From positions 4,064,001-4,128,000 of the forward strand of contig OY761556.1 of NCBI GenBank assembly GCA_963664705.1: 64,000 nucleotides of DNA, written 5' to 3'. The stretch comes from Acidobacteriota bacterium (lineage in GTDB: Bacteria > Acidobacteriota > UBA6911). Below, in pieces: positions 29,061-38,672 of this stretch. A model generated the notes under the pieces. It searched no databases. It was given only the letters and a program-made list of their open reading frames with translations, and was not told the origin of the DNA. Numbering within the stretch: the stretch's first letter is position 1; each line of letters begins with the position of its first letter. The position numbers were made by a program, and so were the translations under genes.

Positions 29061-32000
29061 ATGTACAGGCCATCATTATTATTCAGACTTTCAATTTACT
29101 GCTTTACGTGGCTTTCCCTGGCTTTCTTTGCCATTTCGGCCAGTGCGTCCGAATACCGGGGCCAGGTACTCTTCAATGGTTCGGGGCTTCCAGGGGCTGT
29201 CGTCACCGCCACGCAGGGGGGGCAAAAGCAGGCCACCATTTCGGATGAACAGGGCAATTACCGATTCCCTGATCTGGCAGACGGCATCTGGAATATTCGG
29301 ATTGAAATGCTGGCATTCTCTTCAATGCAGCGCGAGGTGACGATAGGGCCGGGCATGGAGGCAGGAAAATGGGAAATGCTTCTGCTTCCAACAGATCAGA
29401 TCAAAGGGCTTCAAAAACTCGAGTCTCCATCCCCTGCACCGGCTGCGGCGGCATCCAGCACTCCCGCGGCGAATACTTCCAAAAAAAATGCAAAAGGGGC
29501 GGCATCGGTCAATACTTCCTCTCCATTTCAGCGCGCCAACCTAAATGCGACCGGGGCGGCCGTGCCTGCGCAGGCCAATGTGAATACAGCTCCCGCGCAG
29601 CCAAACGAGACACAAAACCCTGCTGATTTGAATGAACAAGCTGCGGATGGATTTCTGATCAATGGAACATCCAACAATGGGGCAAGCTCCCCGTTTTCTT
29701 TGAGGCAGTCGTTCGGCAACTCGCGTCGCGGGATTCGATCTCTTTATGGCGGCAACTTTGGCATCATGATCGACAACTCCGCGCTCGATGCCCGGTCCTA
29801 TTCTCTGACCGGCATGAATACGGATAAACCTGCCTATAACCGCTTGCAGGGCACATTCTCCTTTGGCGGGCCTCTGCGCATTCCCCACCTTATCAGAAAT
29901 GGCCCCACCTTTTTTGTCGGATATCAGTTCACGCGAAATCGAAATGCCCGAACTGAGAGCGGCCTTGTTCCAACGCTGGCCGAGAGAAATGGCGACCTGT
30001 CGCAGGCTCCAGGCCTGATTTTCGATCCACTCACTGGCCTGCCTTTCAAGGGCAACCAGATCACCGCGGACCGCATCAGCCCGCAGGCGAAAGCACTGCT
30101 GAACCTCTACCCGTTTCCCAATTTCACAGGCAGCACGCGATACAACTACCAGCAACCATTGGTCGGCACGACACGCCAGGATGCCGTTCAGGCGCATATG
30201 AACAAAACCATCCGGCGCAAGGACCAGGTATCCGGAACCTTTTCACTTCAGAGCGCACGCAACGACAATCCGACGCTCCTGGGTTTTCTCAACACCAACC
30301 GCTCGCTTGGCAGTAACCTGGTCTCAAACTGGCGTCACAGCTTTACTCAGCGTTTCTTCGGAAACTTTGGATATCAATTCAGTCGACAGGCTATCCAAAC
30401 TCATTCGTTTTTCGGAAATCGTGAAAATGTCTCCGGCCAGGCAGGGATTGCGGGCAACAACCAGGACCCGGAAAACTGGGGCCCCCCAACGCTGTCTTTT
30501 TTGAGCGGACTGACGCCGCTCACAGATGCGGTGCCGGCATCGACGCACAATCAGACCAGCGCCTTATCCTACGGAATCGTTTGGAATCGCCGCCGACACA
30601 ATCTGTCATTTGGCATCGAATACCGGCGGCACCAGGTCAATAGCATTGCGCAGCAGGATCCACGGGGGTCCTTCACCTTTACCGGGATGTCGACCCTGGG
30701 GTCTGCGCCTGCTGTCTTGCTGCCGGGAGCCCGAAACGACTTTGCCGGTTTCCTGCTGGGAATACCGGATACGGTTTCGATCGCATACGGAAACGCGGAC
30801 AAATACTTCCGCTCCGCTTCCTACGAATCCTATATTGCGGATGACTGGCGCGTCAGCCCGAGCCTCACACTCAACATCGGACTGCGCTGGGAATACTGGT
30901 CGCCTGTCTCCGAACTGCGCGGCAGGATTGTCAACCTGGATATCGCGGGAGATTTCTCGGCCGTGGCCCCCGTTCTCGGCACATCCCCCACAGGTTCGCT
31001 GACCGGCGCCATGTACAGAGACTCGCTGCTCAACGCGGATAATCGAGCTGTCCAACCGAGAATCGGCTTTTCATGGAGACCGATGGCGGCGTCCTCGATG
31101 ATCATTCGCGGCGGATATGGAATCTATTACAATTCCTCCCCATACCAAACAATCGCGACACAGATGGCGCAGCAATCGCCTCTATCGAAAAGCCTGAGCC
31201 AGCAGAATACAGCCTCAAACCCGCTCACGCTGGCCAACGGATTCAATGCAGCGCCGAACAATACGGCGAACACCTTTGCCGTCGATCCGAATCTGCGCGT
31301 TGGATACCTGCACATCTGGCAACTGTCGGTACAGCGGGATCTGCCGGGGGCCCTGCAGTTGACAGCCGCCTACCAGGGCACGAGGGGCAAGCATGCCCTC
31401 CAGGAGTTTCTGCCGAACACATATCCCGCAGGGGCTGTGAATCCATGCCCGTCCTGCCCCAGAGGCTTCATTTATCTGGCCTCCAACGGAATGTCGACCC
31501 GCGAGTCGGGTTCATTGCAGCTGCGGCGTCGCCTGCATAACGGCATCAGCGCATCCACTCAGTACACATACTCGAAATCCCTCGACAATGCAGCCCCAGG
31601 CGGAAGGGGCCAGACCGGGTCCCTCTTTATCGCGCAAGACTGGAAGAATCTCAATGCCGAACGGGCACTCTCGTCCTTTGATCAGCGACATCAGCTCAAC
31701 ATCCAGTTTCAATACACCTCTGGAATGGGCGCCGCAGGCGGGACCCTTTTAAAAGGCTGGAGAGGAGTTCTTCTTAAGGAATGGACGGTTTCAAGCCAGG
31801 TTACGGTCGCCAGCGGATTCCCGTTAACCCCGGTCTACCCGTCGGCGGTTGCCGGGACCGGCGTAACCGGTCCTGTGCGTCCCGATTACACGGGCGCGGA
31901 TGTGTATGCGGCACCCGCAGGCCTGCATCTGAATCCCGCGGCATATCAGGCTCCGTCTTCGGGACACTGGGGAAATGCAGGGCGTAATACCATTACCGGC

Positions 32001-32210
32001 CCTTCCCAGTTTACCTTGAATGCTTCTCTGGGCCGCGTGTTCCGCACCAGTGACCGGACCAGCCTCGATCTGCGCGTAGATGCCAGCAACGCACTCAATC
32101 ATGTTACCTTCCCATCCTGGAACACAACCGTGGGAAGCTCACAATTCGGATTACCCCTTTCGGCGAACGCGATGCGCAACGTCCAAACAACCGTTCGATG
32201 GAGATTCTAG
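29061..32210 (+). CDS. Carboxypeptidase-regulatory-like domain + TonB-dependent/Oar-like beta-barrel protein
   Basis: SDEQGNYRFPDL, DDWRVSPSLTLNIGLRWEY, QPRIGFSWRP, GNAGRNTITGP, C-terminal Phe. Confidence 0.88.
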   Translation: MYRPSLLFRLSIYCFTWLSLAFFAISASASEYRGQVLFNGSGLPGAVVTATQGGQKQATISDEQGNYRFPDLADGIWNIRIEMLAFSSMQREVTIGPGMEAGKWEMLLLPTDQIKGLQKLESPSPAPAAAASSTPAANTSKKNAKGAASVNTSSPFQRANLNATGAAVPAQANVNTAPAQPNETQNPADLNEQAADGFLINGTSNNGASSPFSLRQSFGNSRRGIRSLYGGNFGIMIDNSALDARSYSLTGMNTDKPAYNRLQGTFSFGGPLRIPHLIRNGPTFFVGYQFTRNRNARTESGLVPTLAERNGDLSQAPGLIFDPLTGLPFKGNQITADRISPQAKALLNLYPFPNFTGSTRYNYQQPLVGTTRQDAVQAHMNKTIRRKDQVSGTFSLQSARNDNPTLLGFLNTNRSLGSNLVSNWRHSFTQRFFGNFGYQFSRQAIQTHSFFGNRENVSGQAGIAGNNQDPENWGPPTLSFLSGLTPLTDAVPASTHNQTSALSYGIVWNRRRHNLSFGIEYRRHQVNSIAQQDPRGSFTFTGMSTLGSAPAVLLPGARNDFAGFLLGIPDTVSIAYGNADKYFRSASYESYIADDWRVSPSLTLNIGLRWEYWSPVSELRGRIVNLDIAGDFSAVAPVLGTSPTGSLTGAMYRDSLLNADNRAVQPRIGFSWRPMAASSMIIRGGYGIYYNSSPYQTIATQMAQQSPLSKSLSQQNTASNPLTLANGFNAAPNNTANTFAVDPNLRVGYLHIWQLSVQRDLPGALQLTAAYQGTRGKHALQEFLPNTYPAGAVNPCPSCPRGFIYLASNGMSTRESGSLQLRRRLHNGISASTQYTYSKSLDNAAPGGRGQTGSLFIAQDWKNLNAERALSSFDQRHQLNIQFQYTSGMGAAGGTLLKGWRGVLLKEWTVSSQVTVASGFPLTPVYPSAVAGTGVTGPVRPDYTGADVYAAPAGLHLNPAAYQAPSSGHWGNAGRNTITGPSQFTLNASLGRVFRTSDRTSLDLRVDASNALNHVTFPSWNTTVGSSQFGLPLSANAMRNVQTTVRWRF

Positions 32211-34375
32211 TGTTGAAATTCAGACTCCCCAGCTTTGCCCGTGAGGATCGATCTAAGCTTGCACTCCGGCAGCGCTGCATTTCTCCGCTGGCCTGTATTC
32301 ACATCGCCCTGATCGCTCTTGCCGGATTGGGATCCTACGCGCAACAGGTAGGACAGAATACCTCAGGCCGACAGTCCGCGCCGACCTTCCAGGTCAGTAC
32401 CCAACTTGTAATTGAGACAGTTACGGTAACGGATAAAAACGGAGCGCCCGTCGAAGGACTCAAGTCGGACGATTTTGTTATCACCGAAGATGGCGCACCA
32501 CAGGACATCAGTGTCTTTGAGCATCAGAAGCTCGAGGATGCAGCCACCGCGCCCCCTCCACCATTGACGACACGGGCGGTGCCGCTGGCAAGATATCCGC
32601 GTTCACAGATCGCAGCGGAATCGGCAGGAAAGATCCGATATCATGACCGACGGCTTCTCGTGCTCTACTTCGATATGGGAGCCATGCCGATTCCCGACCA
32701 ATTACGCGCATTTTCCGCTGCCGATAAATTTGTCCGAACCCAGATGACGAAGGCCGATTTGATGGCCATCATGATGTACGATGGCGGGAGTGTCCGGGTT
32801 CTCCAGGATTTTACCGCGGACCGAGACCGTATCCTTACCATCATCGAAACGCTTGCGGTTGGGGAAGACCAGAATTCCGATGACATATTGGCTGATGCCG
32901 ATTCCGGACCCGCCTTCGGACAGGACGACAGCGAATTCAATATCTTCAATACCGACCGGCAGCTGTCGGCCCTTCAGACGGCAGCAAAAATGCTCGCCTC
33001 ATTGAGTGAAAAGAAGGCTCTGGTGTACTTCTCGAGCGGCCTTCGGCTGAACGGCGTCGACAACCAGGCCCAACTGCATGCAACCATCAACGCCGCCGTT
33101 CGCGCGGGAGTATCGTTCTGGCCCATCGACGCTCGCGGACTGACCGCGGAAGCTCCATTGGGAGATGCCACGCGCAGCGCGCGCGGCGGAGCAGGGATGT
33201 ACTCCGGAGCAGCAGCTGCCGCGATGATGAGCAGTTTCCAGCACTCGCAGGATACCCTGTGGGCACTGGCTTCCGATACCGGCGGCAAAGCGCTGCTGGA
33301 TTACAATGACCTCTCTCGCGGCATCGCCCAGGCGCAACACGCCATCTCGAGTTACTACATTCTCGGCTATTACACCACCAACCAGAATCTCGACGGCAGA
33401 TTCCGCCGCATCAAAGTGGCGTTGAAAAACGGCATCGCGGGATCACTCGACTACAGGCAGGGATATTATGCCCGTAAACAGTTTGGCAAATTCACCGCCG
33501 CAGAAAAGGAACGCCAACTGGAAGATGCCCTGATGCTGGAAGATCCCGTTACGGATCTTACGATCGCCATGGAAGTGGATTACTTCCAGTTGAACCGGGC
33601 AGAGTATTTTGTGCCGCTGATTGTCAAAATCCCCGGCAAGGAATTGGTCCTGGCTAAACGCGGCGGAGCCGACCGCACGCTGCTCGACTTTATCGGCGAA
33701 ATCAAAGATGAATATGGCGTAACTATTTCCAATGTACGGGATAAGGTGGACATCAAGCTGAGCGATGCCACGGCCTCAGAGCTGGCAAAACGGCCGATCC
33801 AGTACGATACCGGATTTACACTGCTTCCCGGCAAGTATCGGCTGAAATTCCTGGCCCGAGATGCAGAAACGGGCCGCATAGGAACTTATGAAATGTCCTT
33901 TGTCATTCCAAACCTGAACAAGGAAGACAAACGGATACCTATCAGTTCCGTGGTTCTCAGCAGCCAGCGCGTTGAGCTGCGTGACGCGTTATTCAATGCG
34001 TCAAAGGACAAAGGATTGAACGACTCGGTTAACCCGCTTGTGCAGGAGGGGCAGAAACTGATTCCCAGCGTTACGCGCGTATTCAGCCGGGAACGAAACA
34101 TGTATGTATACCTGCAGGCGTATCAACAGGGAGCGGATGCAGCCCATCCGCTTGTTGCCTATGTCAGCTTCTACCAGGGACAGACGAAGACATTCGAAAC
34201 CCAACCGATCCTGATTACCGAAGCGTTGAACAATCGGCTCAAGACCATGCCCGTCAAGTTCGACCTCCCACTCCGCAATTTGCCGCCGGGAGAATATAAG
34301 CTCCAGGTTACAATTACCGATTCGTCGGGGCAAAAGGCTGCATTTTGGCAGGCGCCCGTTGTTCTGATACCATAG
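32198..34375 (+). CDS. VWA domain protein (acidobacterial VWFA-related, TIGR03436-like)
   Basis: F.VSTQLV...VTDKNG.PV.GL..DF, KALVYFSSG, PIDARGL, LA.DTGG, YYILGYY, DGRFRRIKV, YRQGYYA. Confidence 0.9.
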   Translation: MEILVLKFRLPSFAREDRSKLALRQRCISPLACIHIALIALAGLGSYAQQVGQNTSGRQSAPTFQVSTQLVIETVTVTDKNGAPVEGLKSDDFVITEDGAPQDISVFEHQKLEDAATAPPPPLTTRAVPLARYPRSQIAAESAGKIRYHDRRLLVLYFDMGAMPIPDQLRAFSAADKFVRTQMTKADLMAIMMYDGGSVRVLQDFTADRDRILTIIETLAVGEDQNSDDILADADSGPAFGQDDSEFNIFNTDRQLSALQTAAKMLASLSEKKALVYFSSGLRLNGVDNQAQLHATINAAVRAGVSFWPIDARGLTAEAPLGDATRSARGGAGMYSGAAAAAMMSSFQHSQDTLWALASDTGGKALLDYNDLSRGIAQAQHAISSYYILGYYTTNQNLDGRFRRIKVALKNGIAGSLDYRQGYYARKQFGKFTAAEKERQLEDALMLEDPVTDLTIAMEVDYFQLNRAEYFVPLIVKIPGKELVLAKRGGADRTLLDFIGEIKDEYGVTISNVRDKVDIKLSDATASELAKRPIQYDTGFTLLPGKYRLKFLARDAETGRIGTYEMSFVIPNLNKEDKRIPISSVVLSSQRVELRDALFNASKDKGLNDSVNPLVQEGQKLIPSVTRVFSRERNMYVYLQAYQQGADAAHPLVAYVSFYQGQTKTFETQPILITEALNNRLKTMPVKFDLPLRNLPPGEYKLQVTITDSSGQKAAFWQAPVVLIP

Positions 34376-34503
34376 CTTCAGGAGATCGCCATGAAACTCC
34401 ACGCCTTATGTGGAATCATGGAAATTTGAGGTACACGCAAATAAGAGTGAACGAAATGACGCTCCGTCATCACTATATATGCAGAAGCGGAGGAATAACT
34501 TAT

Positions 34504-35520
34504 ATGAAACGCCTGATTAGATTCGCCTGCGTAATCCTGGTTCTTTTTGGCTCGATCCAACTATGCACATCCCGGCTGAATGCCCAAGGCCGCTTCGGGG
34601 ACAGGAATGACCAACCGCGCGAAGGCGTCTGTTTCTACACCGATGAAAATTATCGCGGCGAAAGCTATTGCGTTAACGCCGGCGAAAGCCGCCAGAATCT
34701 CGGAGATCGATTCAACGACCGCTTCTCCTCCGTCCAGGTGTTTGGAGGAGCCCAGGTCGTCGTTTACCAAGATGACAATTTCAATGGCCCCAGAACAACC
34801 TTCGCCAGCAATATCAGCAACTTGAGGGATTGGAATGACAGAATTTCGTCCTTCCAGGTTTCGGGAGGTCGCCAGTCGGGAGGCTTGTTTGGCGGGCGTC
34901 GCTCAGACCGACCCTTTGACGACGAAGCCAGAAATCGCGGCAACAAGCCCCGCAATGGTGTCTGCTTCTATACCGATGAAAATTATCGCGGCGAAAGCTA
35001 CTGCGCAGAAACCGGAGATAACCGGCGCAATGTGGAAGACCGGTTCAACGACAGGTTCTCTTCGCTGCGTATCTTTGGAGGAGCCCGCGTTGTTGTTTTT
35101 GAGGACGAGAATTTTGGCGGGCCAAGCACGACCTTCACAAATGATATTCCCAATCTGCGCAGCTGGAACGACAGAATTACCTCGTTCCAGGTTCTCGGAG
35201 GCCGCGGTGGATTCTTTGGCGGACGCCCTTCCGATCGGGATAACGGCAATTGGGGCAGAGGCAACGAACCGCGCAACGGAGCCTGTTTTTATACCGATGA
35301 GGACTATCGCGGGGACAGGTTCTGCGCTGAAACCGGGGGAAACATACGAAATGTAAGGGATCGCTTTAACGACCGGATCTCCTCAATACGTGTGTTTGGC
35401 AGAGCCCGGATCATTATCTATGAGAATGAAAATTTCTCCGGTGCCAGCAGAACATTCAATAGAGATGTTCCCAATCTGCGAGGCTTCAACGACAGGATTA
35501 CCTCCATTGAAATTCGTTAG
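34504..35520 (+). CDS. Secreted protein with three beta/gamma-crystallin domains
   Basis: Three repeats of G.CFYTDE.YRG..C and six (F/W)NDR(F/I)(S/T)S Greek-key motifs. GGAGG RBS before ATG 34504. Confidence 0.85.
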   Translation: MKRLIRFACVILVLFGSIQLCTSRLNAQGRFGDRNDQPREGVCFYTDENYRGESYCVNAGESRQNLGDRFNDRFSSVQVFGGAQVVVYQDDNFNGPRTTFASNISNLRDWNDRISSFQVSGGRQSGGLFGGRRSDRPFDDEARNRGNKPRNGVCFYTDENYRGESYCAETGDNRRNVEDRFNDRFSSLRIFGGARVVVFEDENFGGPSTTFTNDIPNLRSWNDRITSFQVLGGRGGFFGGRPSDRDNGNWGRGNEPRNGACFYTDEDYRGDRFCAETGGNIRNVRDRFNDRISSIRVFGRARIIIYENENFSGASRTFNRDVPNLRGFNDRITSIEIR

Positions 35521-35534
35521 ACCGGAAGCACCGG

Positions 35535-35738
35535 CACTGGGAGCGCCGCCGGAGCAGCTAATGCCGCATATTATTTGTCGAGGATGAAGCCCTTTTGGAG
35601 ACAGCTGAGGATGCCATCGCCTTTGGCTTTTATGGTTTTCCAGGGCGGCAGCAATCTGCCACACTCCACGGTTCCCATTCGGGCGCAACTTTTTCTAAAT
35701 AATATGCGGCATTAGCCCGGGTGGAAGCGCTCCCAGTG
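35535..35738. mobile_element. MITE-like element (copy B): 160 bp with perfect 20-bp inverted ends inside a REP-like palindrome
   Basis: GCTAATGCCGCATATTATTT (35557-35576) / AAATAATATGCGGCATTAGC (35697-35716), nested in CACTGGGAGCGC (35535-35546) / GCGCTCCCAGTG (35727-35738). Confidence 0.65.
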
Positions 35739-35745
35739 GGCTTAG

Positions 35746-35797
35746 TCTGGAATCTGGAATCTGGAATCTGGAATTTGGAATTTGGAATCTAAAATCT
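35746..35797 (+). repeat. (TCTGGAA)n heptamer tandem array
   Basis: TCTGGAA x4, TTTGGAA x2, TCTAAAA. Confidence 0.9.
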
Positions 35798-36617
35798 ATC
35801 TCGGATCGTAATTCAAAAACAGCCGCTCATGGCGATCGAAGGTGCCATCCCACAGGTGGAAGACAAAACCGGAATCGATCGCCACGCAACCTTTTTGCGC
35901 AAGGCGAGCCAGAACCAGCGGAGCGCCGATCCCCGCGCCTACAAGGGCAATATCGATTTTTTCGTCGATATGGAGATCGAAATTGCCGTGTGCCACGCCT
36001 GATTCCGGAATCTCAAAACAGCGGACATCCCGAATCTCCATGCCCTGAAGGGTGTTCATGATGGCATCGGAATTCTTATTCTTGAAACTGGTGATGAGAG
36101 CGACGCGGCAATTCTGCAAACGTCGAAGAAAGATCGGATGCACCAGCAGCGCGTACACGAAATAAAAGGGGGCATAGTTGCGCAGCGGCATGCCATGCTG
36201 AGCCAGGAAATCCGTGAACTTGGACTGAAGCCCCAGATATACGAGATTCAGGTTCGGACATAGAACTCCATTCTCGTAAATCGTTCGAAGAGCCTCGACA
36301 TGGAGCCTCTCTACGCCGTCATTCTTCAGGCTGCTGCGACGCTCTCCCCAGCAGGTCGTTGTCGTCTTACCCGAATAGAAGCTGTATTCGCCATCGCAGA
36401 ACCGTGCGATCGGCATATATCGCGGGTTATCCAGCGCCTGAAGCACATGGTTCAAAAAGGAGTCAAACAGGACCTGATCCGAAATTCCCTTGGGCAGCAG
36501 GATCGTACACTCCGCCTTGCGCGTTTCCAGCTCTTTCGAAAACCGCTGAAAGTGAGGCGTGTTGTCATAATGCTTCAATTCAAGAAAACGGAATTCCACA
36601 GTTGCCGCATTGCTCAT
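35796..36617 (-). CDS. Putative GT-D-fold-like glycosyltransferase
   Basis: IARFCDGEY resembles the RxGDGE motif of GT-D/DUF1792; DIALVGAG and AIDSG also fit. Last gene of a glycosyltransferase operon. Confidence 0.55.
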   Translation of the reverse strand: MSNAATVEFRFLELKHYDNTPHFQRFSKELETRKAECTILLPKGISDQVLFDSFLNHVLQALDNPRYMPIARFCDGEYSFYSGKTTTTCWGERRSSLKNDGVERLHVEALRTIYENGVLCPNLNLVYLGLQSKFTDFLAQHGMPLRNYAPFYFVYALLVHPIFLRRLQNCRVALITSFKNKNSDAIMNTLQGMEIRDVRCFEIPESGVAHGNFDLHIDEKIDIALVGAGIGAPLVLARLAQKGCVAIDSGFVFHLWDGTFDRHERLFLNYDPR

Positions 36618-36652
36618 TGGTATTTTCCCGCCGAAAGATCGTCCTTCCGGTC

Positions 36653-37618
36653 CTAGTGCATTGTATTCCCGAGCCTGGCTTCCAGTTCTTCCCAATATTT
36701 ATCCGCCGTGCGCTCATAGATGGCAGTGTTTTTGAGATCGAGCTTCCAGGAAGTTGCTCCGACCCTGTCATTCACAATAATGTTGCAGCCACACAAGGAT
36801 GCCTCCGCCACAATCAGACCAAAAGGTTCCGGCCATCGCGGCACGTGGATATAATTCTGCGTCCGATTCAAAATGGTTGGCATCATCTCGCCGGGGACCG
36901 CACCCAGCCAGTGTCCATCTCCTTCTTTTACCAGATCCGGAGTGTGCCCCCCGATAAAAATAACGCTCCCCCGCGGGAAGTGCTGCATGATGTTGTGATA
37001 GCCTTTAGCCTCGCCCTGGCCTCCATAGCTAAGCAGCGCAATATCCCGCTTGAGCTTCATGTTGCGAAACCGTTCTGCATCCACGGCGGGAAGATACAGC
37101 ATGGTTTTTTCGTTCGGGAGCACATCGTTTCCTAAAGCGCCGGAATGAACATCCCGGTGAAGCGGTGAAAGGAACGAGCAGGCAATCGCATTCGCATAAA
37201 GCGGCTTTGCCCGTGCGATAGAACAAAGACCCGGCTTGACGTGGCAATCATGCCCGTTGACTCCAACTCCATTGCAGGGAAGATTGTCGCGTCGGCAAAG
37301 ATCTACATAGGCATTGTCGTGGTGGATATAAGGCAGCTTCCCACGAATAACCGAATCCACCAGCGACTCAATCGGTCGCTTCAGGTTCATGGGGCAGTTA
37401 TACACATCGCATAGATACCACAAGTCCGGATTTTCGTGCAGATCGCAACCATCCCGTGAAGCTATCTTGATATCGTGCCCCCTGCGCTTTGCCGCATCCA
37501 GCAGTTGGCGCATGACCTGCTCTCCCCCGCCCCCATAGATATAGGGATCCAGGTGGGCAAGATAGTTGATCCGCAGCTTCAGAGAGCTTCCGGTCTGATC
37601 ATCAGGCGCATTGTTCAT
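36653..37618 (-). CDS. Glycosyltransferase family 4 (GT-B) with Cys-rich insert
   Basis: GGGEQV, AKG, EPFGLIVAEASLCGC. Start at ATG 37618, overlapping the upstream stop. Confidence 0.82.
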   Translation of the reverse strand: MNNAPDDQTGSSLKLRINYLAHLDPYIYGGGGEQVMRQLLDAAKRRGHDIKIASRDGCDLHENPDLWYLCDVYNCPMNLKRPIESLVDSVIRGKLPYIHHDNAYVDLCRRDNLPCNGVGVNGHDCHVKPGLCSIARAKPLYANAIACSFLSPLHRDVHSGALGNDVLPNEKTMLYLPAVDAERFRNMKLKRDIALLSYGGQGEAKGYHNIMQHFPRGSVIFIGGHTPDLVKEGDGHWLGAVPGEMMPTILNRTQNYIHVPRWPEPFGLIVAEASLCGCNIIVNDRVGATSWKLDLKNTAIYERTADKYWEELEARLGNTMH

Positions 37619-38672
37619 ATATTTGTTCGTACTGACCAAAAACTGCAGTCGGCATATTCCGCTGAAGAACCAGCGCTCGCGCGGCCTCCGATTTGGCTTT
37701 GAGCAACGCACGATCTTCCAGAAGCGAAACTGCCGCCTTTGCCAATCCGTCAATGTCTCCCTTGGGCACCAGCATCCCCGCCTCTGGAGTTACCGTTTCG
37801 GGCATTGCGCTGTCATCATACGTAATGACCGGAAGTCCCATGGACATTGCCTCAATCGCGGCTATACAGAACCCTTCGCGCGAAGTCGGGTAAAGGAACA
37901 CATCCAGCATGCCAAGAAAAACAAACTTTTGCGGTATGTTCCACAAAAATCGGATCCTGTTTTCGACGAAGAGCATTTTTGCAGCCCGCAGGACTGAGCC
38001 TGCATAGGCAGGGTTTTCATGCACCGCTCCCGCCAGCATGAAAGCAGGCGCATTCCTGGTTGTGCGCAAAATCAACGGCACGGCGTGGACAAAATCGGTC
38101 ACTTTCTTCCACGGCGTTATGTTCCCAATTCGCCCTATGGCGAGGGTGTCGAGCGGAATATTCAGATCCTTCTCTCGCAATAACAGGAGCTGCTGCCGCA
38201 CCTGCTCCCCTTGAACCACCGACCATTCATCCTCATCAATGGCATGCGGGATGATGTGGAGGCGTTCTTTGCTATTCTGCAGGCTGTGAACATACCGGGA
38301 GTTAACAATCCGCGCCCGCATGACTTCCTCTTCGCGGGCAGTTGCTCCCCTGACGCAATGAACGTTCTCAATACACGGCACGCCGATTCCAACAATGCGC
38401 TCCGCATAATCAGGGAATTCGCCCCCGGGCATGTGCATGTGGACAATGTCCGGTTTAATCGCACCAATAACCGAGACCGCATTCCCAAAATTGCCTCCGG
38501 CCTCATGCACCGCGGCGAATTTTCTGAAGTGGTCTTCAAGCCCTCCGGCAGATACCCGCAGGACATGATGCGCAAACGGATGGCCTTGAACCGCGGAATT
38601 TCGGCAAATGCCAAGCACGCATTGCTGAACTCCGCCAAAATTTGTATCTGTGGTAACGTGCAGGATTTTCAT
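37602..38672 (-). CDS. Glycosyltransferase family 4
   Basis: MKILHV...GGVQ, GNITPWK, EGFCIAAIEAMSMGLPVI. Confidence 0.92.
   Translation of the reverse strand: MKILHVTTDTNFGGVQQCVLGICRNSAVQGHPFAHHVLRVSAGGLEDHFRKFAAVHEAGGNFGNAVSVIGAIKPDIVHMHMPGGEFPDYAERIVGIGVPCIENVHCVRGATAREEEVMRARIVNSRYVHSLQNSKERLHIIPHAIDEDEWSVVQGEQVRQQLLLLREKDLNIPLDTLAIGRIGNITPWKKVTDFVHAVPLILRTTRNAPAFMLAGAVHENPAYAGSVLRAAKMLFVENRIRFLWNIPQKFVFLGMLDVFLYPTSREGFCIAAIEAMSMGLPVITYDDSAMPETVTPEAGMLVPKGDIDGLAKAAVSLLEDRALLKAKSEAARALVLQRNMPTAVFGQYEQIYEQCA

Noticed and set aside
35746-35797. Heptamer arrays or crystallin DNA repeats as a CRISPR array
   Set aside because: There are no unique spacers between constant 25-40 bp repeats and no cas genes.
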